NCBI GenBank assembly: GCA_018646625.1
Contig: JABGUJ010000001.1
Location: forward strand, 379,534 to 443,533
Direction: 5' to 3'
Length of the DNA: 64,000 bases
Origin: Candidatus Woesearchaeota archaeon
Lineage (GTDB): Archaea; Nanobdellota; Nanobdellia; Woesearchaeales; JABGUJ01
Shown here: positions 11,278-20,571 of the stretch, piece by piece
How positions within the stretch are numbered: the stretch's first letter is position 1
How the letters are laid out: each line of letters opens with the position of its first letter
Program-made: the position numbers and the translations under genes
The notes under the pieces: model-generated
What the model was told of the DNA's origin: nothing
The model's input: only the letters and a program-made list of their open reading frames with translations
Databases searched by the model: none

Positions 11278-13290
11278 ATGAGAGCTAGAAATAAACTAAG
11301 CATCGTCATGGTTTTGCTAGTTTTGACTCTTTTTGCATTATCTGTTAACGCAGACCCAGTATATTTGTCATACCTAAACACGTCATCTAATTCAACACTT
11401 TTCGGACCTTATCTAACTAGCTCAAGCTACTCCGCATCACTACAAGATACAAACTATACTATAAAAATAGCCTCAGAAGCCCAAGACTTTGCAGTATACA
11501 TACCAAATATAGAAGTATCTAGTACACCTACAATCAATCTGAGCACAAAAAACCTATCTGCGTCAGACTTTACGAACGCATCACTAGACCTTGGACCAAC
11601 AACTAGCTATGATTACTATGTGAGAGAAGCCTATGCTTTTGAAATAGGAAATGAAGATGAAATAAACAAAACGTATACTATAGAATTTAACGACACATAT
11701 TCAATAGAAGACCCAATAATTATGAAGTTAGATTATGATTTTACTTCAAATACGACCAGTTATAGTAACGCCTCATACCTAACAGCAACAGATCTGGGAA
11801 CAACCATAACTACTACGACAGACAGCGTTTCACTATTCTTATTAGTTGATAACAGAACAGACGACAACGCACCATCACCCGCAACCCCTACGTCACCTGG
11901 AGGAAGTGGCGGAGGATCAGGTTCATCTAACAGGGGACGACTATATATGCCTCAAGACGAATATGAATCACTAATACTGGACAAGGTATCAAGACTATAC
12001 GAAATACTAGGCCCATCCAGACCATTAAAATTCCCAGTTAATGAAGAAAACTTTGCAATACTAAATGTATTGTGCGAATTAAACAGTAATGCCAGAATGG
12101 TTTCAATGAGAATTGAAAAGATGTCCGGCAGACCTGAGAAAGTAGAAGCACCAAATAATGCGAAAGAGTTAGATTACTACAACATAATATATGATAATTT
12201 AGATTATGAAGATATCAAACACACTAAGATGACATTCTATGTGCTAAAAGATACATTACAAAGAGAAGGAATAGAACCTGACAAAGTTAGACTGTATAGG
12301 TATCATCAAGGAATAACCCAGTCCACGGAGGAGCTAGATACGAGAATAATAGAAGAGCAAAATGATAGATATATTTACCAATCAGAAATGGAGGGTCTTT
12401 CATTCTTCATAATAGGTGCAACAGGTTACAAGCCAGCACCCGAAACAGAAACAAACTCTCCTAAAGTTGAGACTCCTAAAGAAATAACACAAAAAGTTTC
12501 AACATTAGAACAGCCAAAAGGCAAAGTTGAAGCAGCAGTTAAAGATGCGCTAGCAAAACCATTCTCTGAACCAGCGGAACAAACAGAATTAAATCTACTA
12601 GCATACTTACAAGCCTTTGTACTGTTTATGATATTAGTTGTGCTTGTGATTGGCGGATTTGTAGTGTATAAGCACAAACATGTTGTAGTCAAACCTCAAA
12701 AAGTACCTGCAACACAACCAACAGCATTACCTGAACAACCTAAGATTGAACCAAAACCATCAATTGAACCACAACAGTTAATACAACCAGACACACACAT
12801 TGCCAAGTCAGTACAACCTGCCAGAAAGGTTAAGATGCTTGAAGCATATATTTACAGACAACTAGCTAAAGGCACAGATAAACAACAGCTAAAACAAACT
12901 TTAATGGAAAAAGGTTGGCCAGAATCATTACTAAATTCAAAACTAAACGTTGTGCCCAAACAACCTTCAAGAAAAATAAAAGAACTAGAGGCCTACATTT
13001 ATCATGAACTTGCAAAAGGATTCAAGAAGGATGAAATAAGAAATGCGCTTAATGGTGCGGGGTGGCCAACCGAAGTACTAACTAAAGAATTCAAGAAACT
13101 TGATAAGCTAGAAGGTGAATTCAAGAAACAATCATTGCATGAAGTTCATACAGACTTAGATGCAGCAACAGAGTCTGTCAGGAAGTTGCTCAATAAAGGC
13201 CATTCAGAAGAAAAGATAAGGAAGATAATGATTAACAAAGGGTGGCACAGAGCAGCAGTTGAAATTTTATTTAACGATTTAAAGAGATAA
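11278..13290 (+). CDS. Membrane-anchored surface protein with a PGF-pre-PGF-like domain and three cytoplasmic helical repeats
   Basis: Signal peptide; GGSGGGSG linker; 'F.V.K..L....I.PDKVRLYRY...L.T..I.E....Y.Y.S...GLSFFIIG' typical of PGF-pre-PGF; TM helix; Pro-rich linker; 3x 'YI...L.KG.....I...L...GW'. Confidence 0.75.
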   Translation: MRARNKLSIVMVLLVLTLFALSVNADPVYLSYLNTSSNSTLFGPYLTSSSYSASLQDTNYTIKIASEAQDFAVYIPNIEVSSTPTINLSTKNLSASDFTNASLDLGPTTSYDYYVREAYAFEIGNEDEINKTYTIEFNDTYSIEDPIIMKLDYDFTSNTTSYSNASYLTATDLGTTITTTTDSVSLFLLVDNRTDDNAPSPATPTSPGGSGGGSGSSNRGRLYMPQDEYESLILDKVSRLYEILGPSRPLKFPVNEENFAILNVLCELNSNARMVSMRIEKMSGRPEKVEAPNNAKELDYYNIIYDNLDYEDIKHTKMTFYVLKDTLQREGIEPDKVRLYRYHQGITQSTEELDTRIIEEQNDRYIYQSEMEGLSFFIIGATGYKPAPETETNSPKVETPKEITQKVSTLEQPKGKVEAAVKDALAKPFSEPAEQTELNLLAYLQAFVLFMILVVLVIGGFVVYKHKHVVVKPQKVPATQPTALPEQPKIEPKPSIEPQQLIQPDTHIAKSVQPARKVKMLEAYIYRQLAKGTDKQQLKQTLMEKGWPESLLNSKLNVVPKQPSRKIKELEAYIYHELAKGFKKDEIRNALNGAGWPTEVLTKEFKKLDKLEGEFKKQSLHEVHTDLDAATESVRKLLNKGHSEEKIRKIMINKGWHRAAVEILFNDLKR

Positions 13291-13302
13291 AGAGGTGATT
13301 TT

Positions 13303-13593
13303 ATGTTTGATTGGCTTAAAAAGAACAAAGTAGAGGGTGATGTTCCTCTCCCACAAATGCCGGAGAATCCACCATTACCAGAAATGGATGCTCCAGAGGC
13401 AGTTTCTCAACCAGAATCTCATAATGAGTTGCCGGAAGCTCCAGAGCCGGAGACTGAACCTGTAGAAGTTTCTGCACCGCCAGAACCAAAGGAAAAAAGT
13501 TTTAAAGAGAGGATGAAAGAGTTAAATTCGCAGATAAAAAAATGCAACACTGCAATAAAACGACACAGAACTAAATTAGATAAAAAACGTTGA
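13303..13593 (+). CDS. Hypothetical Pro/Glu-rich protein with a basic C-terminal helix
   Basis: ORF preceded by GAGGTGA Shine-Dalgarno (13292-13298); fits between co-oriented genes. Confidence 0.7.
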   Translation: MFDWLKKNKVEGDVPLPQMPENPPLPEMDAPEAVSQPESHNELPEAPEPETEPVEVSAPPEPKEKSFKERMKELNSQIKKCNTAIKRHRTKLDKKR

Positions 13594-13599
13594 TGTATT

Positions 13600-14352
13600 A
13601 TGACAGATATCGAAAAAATACTCATTCCCAAATCTCAAAAATACCCTCAGAAGTGTTTCTTAAGAACGGACGGCAAGGATGTGCATACTAAATTCGGAGT
13701 TATTCCTAGAAAAGATGTAGAAAATGCAAAAGACGGAGAACAAGTTCTTAGTAACAGAAACGAAAAATACACAGTTCTTTCACCTTCTTTTATTGATCTT
13801 TACATGAAAATAAAGCGTACAGCACAGATCATTCCATTAAAAGATGTAGGTACTATCATATCATTCTGCGGCATAGGTAAAGATACAACAATAGTTGATG
13901 CTGGCGCAGGCAGCGGCGGATTATCATTATTTCTTGCACACGTTGCAAAGAAGGTGTACACTTTTGACGCATTAGAGGAGAATGCAACCCTTGTAGAGAA
14001 TAATGCAAAAAAGTTAGGATTAAAGAATATTGAAGTTAAACATAAAGATGTATATAATGGATATGGTAAGAAGAATGCAGATGTTGTTACGATTGACATA
14101 CCAGAACCTTGGCAAGTTGTAAAACACGCATACGATGCATTAAAAATCGGAGGATTCATGGTTTGTTACTCTCCGTGTGTTCCCCCATTATCCGATTTCT
14201 TAGAAGAAGTAACTAAAAACGAGAATTTGTTAATTATACATACAATGGAAATCATTGAAAGATATTGGGAATTCAAAGAAAGAAAGATACGTCCCAAATC
14301 TGCGGGAATAGGTCACTCAGGATTTTTATCATTTGTTAGAAAGGTTGCTTAA
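13600..14352 (+). CDS. trmI: tRNA (adenine-57/58-N1)-methyltransferase
   Basis: 'HTKFG', 'KRTAQIIPLKD', SAM motif 'DAGAGSGGLS', 'DIPEPW', 'YSPC', 'RP...IGHSGFL'. Confidence 0.92.
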   Translation: MTDIEKILIPKSQKYPQKCFLRTDGKDVHTKFGVIPRKDVENAKDGEQVLSNRNEKYTVLSPSFIDLYMKIKRTAQIIPLKDVGTIISFCGIGKDTTIVDAGAGSGGLSLFLAHVAKKVYTFDALEENATLVENNAKKLGLKNIEVKHKDVYNGYGKKNADVVTIDIPEPWQVVKHAYDALKIGGFMVCYSPCVPPLSDFLEEVTKNENLLIIHTMEIIERYWEFKERKIRPKSAGIGHSGFLSFVRKVA

Positions 14353-15446
14353 TTCTTTATTTTATCAATTAATTTTGAAAAGAAGCCTTTCATATGTTTC
14401 TTATTAAATTCATAAGCAGAAACCAAGAAAACACTTTCTGCCCACCCTAGCGGTGTGTTGTCATTATATTTCTTTGAATGTGAAAAGTACAACTCCGGCA
14501 AACCTTCATTCACAATATCTCCTATTAATTTTTCAAGGTAATACTGCGCCTTACTTTTCTCCCCTAATTTACTATAAATGATTGACAAGAACGCAAACCC
14601 CATAGTCCACTCAGCTTCTTCGCTCTTACCATCCGGGTTACTATTATAATAATAATCATCTCGATACCTGATAACGCCTCTCTCTTTTACTAGATGATAT
14701 TCCACATTTCTTAGAATATCTTCTCTTTCTTTAGGCGTTGCAACATCAAAAGGATATATCAATGTTAACAAAGCCATATCAACAAACTTTTTATCAGATT
14801 CACGGGGCAACATCTTACGAAGCATTCTCTCCCCTCGCTCTATGACATCTTTAGGAACTTTAATTTGAGGTATTAAACTAATCTTCTTCAGTCCTGCAAC
14901 ACACGCACCAACACTGCTTGCATGTATCTCCTCATTTTCTTCCCATATTCCACTATCCGGATCATGCCAATACTCTACACTTGCGAGATATTCCACTAAT
15001 TTCTGAATAATTCTAATATCTTTATGAGATTGAATAACTTTACAACCTCTCTCCTCCAACTCACCTATCTTGAACAGCACAGCACCAATACTATCATTTT
15101 GCTTATTACCCCACTCTTCCCAAAACTCATTAAAAGTTTCAGGATGAAATCTTGCATGAATATATTGATATCTATGTTCAGGTTTTTTAGAAATTGCATG
15201 ATCTATCTTTTTTTCATGTTTAAGAAAAATATCCAGCAACGCCCTATAGGTTTTTCTAACAGTCTCCCAATCATCCAATACTTCGAATGCCAAACACTCA
15301 TAAAAATTATCTCTTAACCATGCTTTATCATACCCAGTAGAAACTGCTTTCTTAGATGCAAGAAACAAGCCCTTCTCTGTCTGAAGAGATTTAAGTATCT
15401 TAAGGTGTTGTTTTACTAGTGTTTCATAATTAATTTGTTTCATCAT
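14349..15446 (-). CDS. Glycoside hydrolase family 15 (glucoamylase-like) protein
   Basis: 'GYDKAWLRD', 'QNDSIG', 'DSGIWEE...HASS', 'RYRDDYY', 'EAEW', 'LPELY', 'PLGWAES'. Confidence 0.88.
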   Translation of the reverse strand: MMKQINYETLVKQHLKILKSLQTEKGLFLASKKAVSTGYDKAWLRDNFYECLAFEVLDDWETVRKTYRALLDIFLKHEKKIDHAISKKPEHRYQYIHARFHPETFNEFWEEWGNKQNDSIGAVLFKIGELEERGCKVIQSHKDIRIIQKLVEYLASVEYWHDPDSGIWEENEEIHASSVGACVAGLKKISLIPQIKVPKDVIERGERMLRKMLPRESDKKFVDMALLTLIYPFDVATPKEREDILRNVEYHLVKERGVIRYRDDYYYNSNPDGKSEEAEWTMGFAFLSIIYSKLGEKSKAQYYLEKLIGDIVNEGLPELYFSHSKKYNDNTPLGWAESVFLVSAYEFNKKHMKGFFSKLIDKIKN

Positions 15447-16504
15447 TTCTTTAACAACTTTTCTTTAAAATTAAACGCAACATTCGCCGCACCTTTAAGT
15501 CCTATATTGGTATCTTTTACAACATACAATGGTATTTTATTCAACAACGATTTTTGAGCATAATGATTCTCAAACTCTTCAAGAAAATCATTTTTCTTTA
15601 ATCGATCAACCATATTTGGAGCGATTCCTCCTGCAATATACATTCCACCAAATGGCAAAACACTTAATGCCAGATGTCTAATCGCTCGAGCATAATGTTT
15701 TACAAAATAATCAACTGCTTTTTTACAATATTCATCATCACCATTTACACCATATTTAGTAATAAGAGTCCCTTTGTCAACATTTTCTTTTTCAATTTCT
15801 TCACGAATTTCATACTCGCCATTATCTGCTAGATTATAAACTGCAAAATTAAACATATGAACCAAGCCTCTTCCAGATACCATTAAATCATAATCCACTT
15901 CATGATTAACTTGTTTCTCAATGAAAGTTTTCATATCCCAATCATACTCATCTATTGCGCAGAAACTACAATGTCCTCCTTCGGAGGCTAATGGAACGCG
16001 CCGCTCTCCGTTAAACACAAGCAATCCCTGCCCTAGACCGGTACCTGCACCAATATATGCTTGAGACTCATCTTCAACAGGCTTAGCCGAGTTTATCTTT
16101 TCAAGATCACAATCTTCAACGAACGATAACCCATAACCTACTGCTTCAAAATCATTAATTAATCCAACCTTGATGAGACCAGTCTCCGAGAACACCCGAT
16201 CAACATCAACATTCAATGGTGAATTTGTAAGATTAATTCTTCTACCCGACACAGGGCCAGCTGCGGAGATACATCCACTATCGATAGTCAAGGAAAATTC
16301 TTCTTTTGCAAATTTTATAACGTCCTTTATCGTGTTAACAACATCCTTTATTTCGCTGCTCTTGATTTCAAAGCTAAAGATTTTCTTAACATTATCACCA
16401 TAAACCGCAAATTTAGAATTAGTGCCCCCAACATCTGCCGCCAAAACAAAATCGTTAAAATTAGAGATTTCTTCTTTATTTACCGCAACATCTTTAACAT
16501 ACAT
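15443..16504 (-). CDS. glk: Glucokinase (bacterial Glk type); start taken at ATG 16504 (ORF track extends to 16522)
   Basis: 'DVGGTN', 'AAGPV', 'LTN', 'INDFEA', 'GAGTGLG', 'SEGGH', 'VSGRG', 'GGMYIAGGIAP'. Confidence 0.9.
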   Translation of the reverse strand: MYVKDVAVNKEEISNFNDFVLAADVGGTNSKFAVYGDNVKKIFSFEIKSSEIKDVVNTIKDVIKFAKEEFSLTIDSGCISAAGPVSGRRINLTNSPLNVDVDRVFSETGLIKVGLINDFEAVGYGLSFVEDCDLEKINSAKPVEDESQAYIGAGTGLGQGLLVFNGERRVPLASEGGHCSFCAIDEYDWDMKTFIEKQVNHEVDYDLMVSGRGLVHMFNFAVYNLADNGEYEIREEIEKENVDKGTLITKYGVNGDDEYCKKAVDYFVKHYARAIRHLALSVLPFGGMYIAGGIAPNMVDRLKKNDFLEEFENHYAQKSLLNKIPLYVVKDTNIGLKGAANVAFNFKEKLLKK

Positions 16505-16523
16505 TCTACAAAATAAGCACAAA

Positions 16524-17468
16524 TTATTTCTTAATACTTTCTATTTTCTTAAGAAGGTGTTTAATATCTTCTTCTTCTCTATCTTCTAATTTTTCAATCT
16601 CTTCTTTTTGTTCTTCAATCATTTCTTTTTCTTCTTCCACAGCCTCTTCTTCTTTCTTTATCATAGCCCCTTCTTTTTGCAAAACCGCTTCTTCTTTCTT
16701 AACTTCTCTGCTCTGAGAACCGGATATGAAAACCAAAAGTATTGCGATGAAGACAACGTTAATTACCATACCGAATATGGCTTCTAAACCCATAGTAAAT
16801 CTCGCAGCCCTAGAAACGGGATATATATCTCCATAGCCCACGGTTGCAAAAGTAACTAAACTATAATATGTAAACGTTCCATAAGATGGGTTGACTACAT
16901 CATCTCCAAAATTAAAAGGGGTGGGATGCGCAGGGTCATAATAAATATCATGATACAACGCCCCAAATCCTATTATATAGAATAAAACAACCGCCAAGTA
17001 AACAACCAACAAAATAAGTTGCTTATGATGTTTAAACCAGTCTGAAAGATCAACCCCCAAACCTAAAACTTCAGGTACATAAATAAAAGTCAATAAGATG
17101 TAACTAGCTAAATAAACTAGTTGATTAAGTAATATTCCCGCGTAACCTTGCAACACCGCAGGAAGTGTCATTGCCACACCAGCAATCACAAATACCACCA
17201 AAGAATATCTTATTCCTTGAATATTTTCTCTTGACTTTACGTAAGGAATAATGAATAGGAAAATAATTAGTGTGAAAGGAATCATAAGTATCTGCACCAT
17301 AGTTATTGCAGAAACTTCAAAATACTCCGCAACCATTCCAGAGATGAAAATAGATAATGCGAAAGAAACAAGTAAAGGCACAATAAAGATAACGACATAC
17401 TTTACTAATTTAGCTAAAGAAATATCGGACTTACCGTGATCTATATACGAGTTCACCTCATTTGACAT
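16524..17468 (-). CDS. Potassium channel protein (Ion_trans_2 pore) with extra N-terminal TM helices and a C-terminal charged coiled coil; start taken at ATG 17468
   Basis: 'YYSLVTFATVGYGDIYP' selectivity filter flanked by TM helices; TATA-like element at ~17491-17498 upstream. Confidence 0.85.
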   Translation of the reverse strand: MSNEVNSYIDHGKSDISLAKLVKYVVIFIVPLLVSFALSIFISGMVAEYFEVSAITMVQILMIPFTLIIFLFIIPYVKSRENIQGIRYSLVVFVIAGVAMTLPAVLQGYAGILLNQLVYLASYILLTFIYVPEVLGLGVDLSDWFKHHKQLILLVVYLAVVLFYIIGFGALYHDIYYDPAHPTPFNFGDDVVNPSYGTFTYYSLVTFATVGYGDIYPVSRAARFTMGLEAIFGMVINVVFIAILLVFISGSQSREVKKEEAVLQKEGAMIKKEEEAVEEEKEMIEEQKEEIEKLEDREEEDIKHLLKKIESIKK

Positions 17469-17553
17469 AGTAAAATCTAACAAACAGTGGTATATAAAGG
17501 TTTTCAGCACTTATGCTTAAAGAACCACCGAAACCTTAATAAAACGAGTTTTC

Positions 17554-17973
17554 ATGGTTTCAACTATGAAGAACGAACAAAATTCATTAACAACATTCTT
17601 CGACACCAGCGTACCTTATGTGATAATTGTTCTCCTAGCAATAATTATATTAGAATTTGGATTCAAACCTTACCTATTTATTCATCAATACTTCCTATCT
17701 TCTTTAGACAAAATCATGATAATTTTCCTTGTTGCAGATTTAGTATTCAAATACTCAAAAAAACCATTTAAGTTAAAATGGCTCGATGTATTATCTCTAT
17801 ATCCATTTTACTTACTATACAGAATAAAACATATCTATAGGGAACCAAAAAATCGAGAAAGACAAATGAAAACATTCCTTAAATCAATTGTAAGAACCCA
17901 GAGACTCCTTAAAGCAATTCCTTTTTATTGCAACACGCAAAAAGTTAGAAAAAAGAAATCTCAATCACTATAA
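17554..17973 (+). CDS. Small membrane protein resembling a stand-alone voltage-sensor (S1-S4-like) domain
   Basis: 'LDKIMIIFLVADLVFKY' (S2-like), 'WLDVLSLYPF' (S3-like), 'RTQRLLK' (RxxRxxK). Confidence 0.55.
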   Translation: MVSTMKNEQNSLTTFFDTSVPYVIIVLLAIIILEFGFKPYLFIHQYFLSSLDKIMIIFLVADLVFKYSKKPFKLKWLDVLSLYPFYLLYRIKHIYREPKNRERQMKTFLKSIVRTQRLLKAIPFYCNTQKVRKKKSQSL

Positions 17974-19727
17974 TAATAATTGCCTTTACTTTTCTGCTCT
18001 CTGTCTTTAACACTATCCGGCTTATTAATTCTAGGACGTAAACATTCAGGATCTCTTCTAAAGGTTATGGCCAAATCTTGTAAAAATTTAGTCATCCCTT
18101 CTCCCATTTTGAAGGGACCATGCGCTTCACCCGACCTTGCAGGTTCACCTTCGAAAACCATAAGTCTATCCGACAAGTAATCTAACAACAAAAGATCGTG
18201 ATCAACAACAATTGCAGATCTACCTTTCAACTCCATAAAGTTACGGATAACTTTGGAAATATTCAATCTTTGTTCAACATCTAAATACGCGGATGGCTCA
18301 TCAAGCAAATGCAGAGACACATCTTTTGACAAACAGTCACAAATTGCCACTCTCTGCAGTTCACCACCACTCAGCTCATTAAGTTTCTTGTCAAGTAAAG
18401 GAACTATGCTCAACGGATTAATCAATTGATTTTCATATTTAGCGAGAGCTTCTGCTAAGAATATTCTTACAACTTCATCAGAGCCAGTATCAATATACTG
18501 CGGTTTATACGCGACCTTAACTTCATCATCAACCGTTCCAGATTCTGGTTTATCAACACCCGCCAATATCTTAACAAAACTAGTCTTTCCGATTCCATTC
18601 TCGCCAAGCACGCCAACAACATCATGACGATTAATTGTTCCTTCTGGCGCAGATAGTTTGAAATGGCCCAATGTATTCTTCAACCCTTCCCAACCTGTTA
18701 ATTTTTCAACATTATGGCTTTCAATAGGCTGTCGTTCAGAAAATTTAATCGCAGAATCCCTAAATCGTACATTCTCTTCTTTCAAAAATCCCGACAAGTA
18801 CACATTAATCGCAACTCTCGTAGATTTGGGTTGACTAACAATACCAAAACAAGCAGGTTTACCATACATTAAATGAATTAAGTCAGTCATATAATCTAAA
18901 ATAATCAGATCGTGTTCAATCACCATTACGGCGGTATTTTCATCAGCCAAATCTCTAATAAATTTAGCAATCTTTATTCTTTGTTTAATATCTAAATATG
19001 ATGTAGGTTCATCAAAGAAATACACGTTTGCATCTTTCATAACTGTTGCAGCAATTGCAACCCTTTGCATTTCTCCACCCGAAATTTTAGAGATTTCATT
19101 ATCTAAAATATTTTTCAACTCTAATTTCTCTACAATCTCTTCAAAAACACCCTTCTCATCAACCTTCCTCAACATTTCACCAACAGTGCCTTTTGCATTT
19201 TTAGCAATAAGGTCAATAGATTGAGGTTTGTATGCTATCTTGATTTTACCATCCCTTAAGTTTTCTAGAAATGATTGTGCTTCGCTTCCTTTGAAATATT
19301 CAACAAGAGCGTTAGGGTCTTCTTTGCTCTTACTTTCGAAATCCCCTAAATTAGGTTTTAATGCGCCTGCCAGTATTTTGATTGCGGTTGATTTGCCTAT
19401 ACCATTTCTACCAAGTATACCTACAACTTTCCCAAATTGAGGTGTAGGAAGAGAAAACAATTGAAAACCATTTTTTCCAAATCTATGGATTGGTTCTTTA
19501 TTCTCCATTTCGGGAAGATTAATAATATGAAGTGCACCAAAAGGACACCTTTTTGGGCATATCCCGCACCCTGTACACAATACTTCATCGACTTGTGCTT
19601 TTCCATCAGGACATTTTGATATACACTCTTGCCCTGTTCTGTTTATGGGGCATAGCCTAGAACAAAGAAAATCGCCACATTCTACGGGATGGCACTTATC
19701 CTTTTCTACAATAGCTATTCTGGTCAT
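17961..19727 (-). CDS. rli: Ribosome recycling ATPase ABCE1/RLI; start taken at ATG 19727
   Basis: N-terminal Fe-S domain (C.P..C...CP, CTGCGICPKRCP); two Walker A motifs (GRNGIGKS, GENGIGKT); two SGGExQR signatures; 'TFRRD...RPRINK..S.KDREQK..G.YYY'. Confidence 0.97.
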   Translation of the reverse strand: MTRIAIVEKDKCHPVECGDFLCSRLCPINRTGQECISKCPDGKAQVDEVLCTGCGICPKRCPFGALHIINLPEMENKEPIHRFGKNGFQLFSLPTPQFGKVVGILGRNGIGKSTAIKILAGALKPNLGDFESKSKEDPNALVEYFKGSEAQSFLENLRDGKIKIAYKPQSIDLIAKNAKGTVGEMLRKVDEKGVFEEIVEKLELKNILDNEISKISGGEMQRVAIAATVMKDANVYFFDEPTSYLDIKQRIKIAKFIRDLADENTAVMVIEHDLIILDYMTDLIHLMYGKPACFGIVSQPKSTRVAINVYLSGFLKEENVRFRDSAIKFSERQPIESHNVEKLTGWEGLKNTLGHFKLSAPEGTINRHDVVGVLGENGIGKTSFVKILAGVDKPESGTVDDEVKVAYKPQYIDTGSDEVVRIFLAEALAKYENQLINPLSIVPLLDKKLNELSGGELQRVAICDCLSKDVSLHLLDEPSAYLDVEQRLNISKVIRNFMELKGRSAIVVDHDLLLLDYLSDRLMVFEGEPARSGEAHGPFKMGEGMTKFLQDLAITFRRDPECLRPRINKPDSVKDREQKSKGNYYYSD

Positions 19728-19948
19728 ATTATTGCTTAAAAGCAAATCAATTATAAATCTATCTCTCAGATAACAGGGTTAACGAAGCCCCCCTGCCTGT
19801 TGTATAAGCCACTACGGCGCCATTTCGAAAATCTTTTATACGTTGAATGCATATGTATTGCAAGGGATAATTATATCACCAAACTACGCGACTCAAATGA
19901 GTCGAGCGATGTTCTGAGACGCCCGAGACTACGTGGGGAAAATAATAG

Positions 19949-20317
19949 TTGACTAGACATGACTATAGACTACAACGCTGTGTCCCTGTGGAGGTGTTGA
20001 AAATGGTCGATGTATGGGGTTGGGACTGGTCTGTGTACGAAGAACAGCTTCAGAAAATGCACTTCAAAGAGTATCAACTAGCTCCGCATGAATTAGATGG
20101 CCTTAGACAAATTAAAGAGATATATCGAAGTGAAAGTGCAAAGAACAAAGCGACGATGATCGATCACCTAAAGTATCTAGAATCTCTGCACTCTAAGATA
20201 TCAAAAATCCTAAACGTTCAAAGACAGCACGGGGTGTCTTGTGACGAGTTAGACATTAAACAAAGAAAAATAAAAGGACTGATATCTACAATAACTGTTT
20301 GTCTGAAGGGCGCATAA
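19949..20317 (+). CDS. Hypothetical protein (start uncertain)
   Basis: 122-aa helical-looking ORF downstream of a BRE/TATA-like GAAAATCTTTTATA (~19827-19840); no recognisable motif. Confidence 0.45.
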   Translation: MTRHDYRLQRCVPVEVLKMVDVWGWDWSVYEEQLQKMHFKEYQLAPHELDGLRQIKEIYRSESAKNKATMIDHLKYLESLHSKISKILNVQRQHGVSCDELDIKQRKIKGLISTITVCLKGA

Positions 20318-20358
20318 TGAGTTAACTTTAAATATAATCCTCCCTCTTTCTTCACTCC

Positions 20359-20514
20359 ATGAAATGCGAGATTTGTAAGAATAAATTGGATGAGACATTC
20401 CTTAACAAGCCTATTGGCACATATGTAAAAGATGAAAAAGGAAAAAGGCATCTTGTGTGTTCTAACTGTCAAAAAGAGCTAAACTCAAAGGAAAAGATCC
20501 TAAAAGCTCTCTAA
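20359..20514 (+). CDS. Small Zn-finger protein (51 aa; below the ORF-track cutoff): MKCEICKNKLDETFLNKPIGTYVKDEKGKRHLVCSNCQKELNSKEKILKAL
   Basis: Manual translation; two CxxC pairs; TTTAAATA box (20327-20334) ~25 nt upstream of the ATG. Confidence 0.8.
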   Translation: MKCEICKNKLDETFLNKPIGTYVKDEKGKRHLVCSNCQKELNSKEKILKAL

Positions 20515-20571
20515 AGTTCAGATTTTATTCTAGTTACTTTTTTAAATAAACTCATTCCCCATTCTAATTAT

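Noticed and set aside
11270..11285. Frameshift or read-through fusing the giant gene to the next ORF
   Set aside because: The downstream ORF begins with its own ATG and a complete signal peptide
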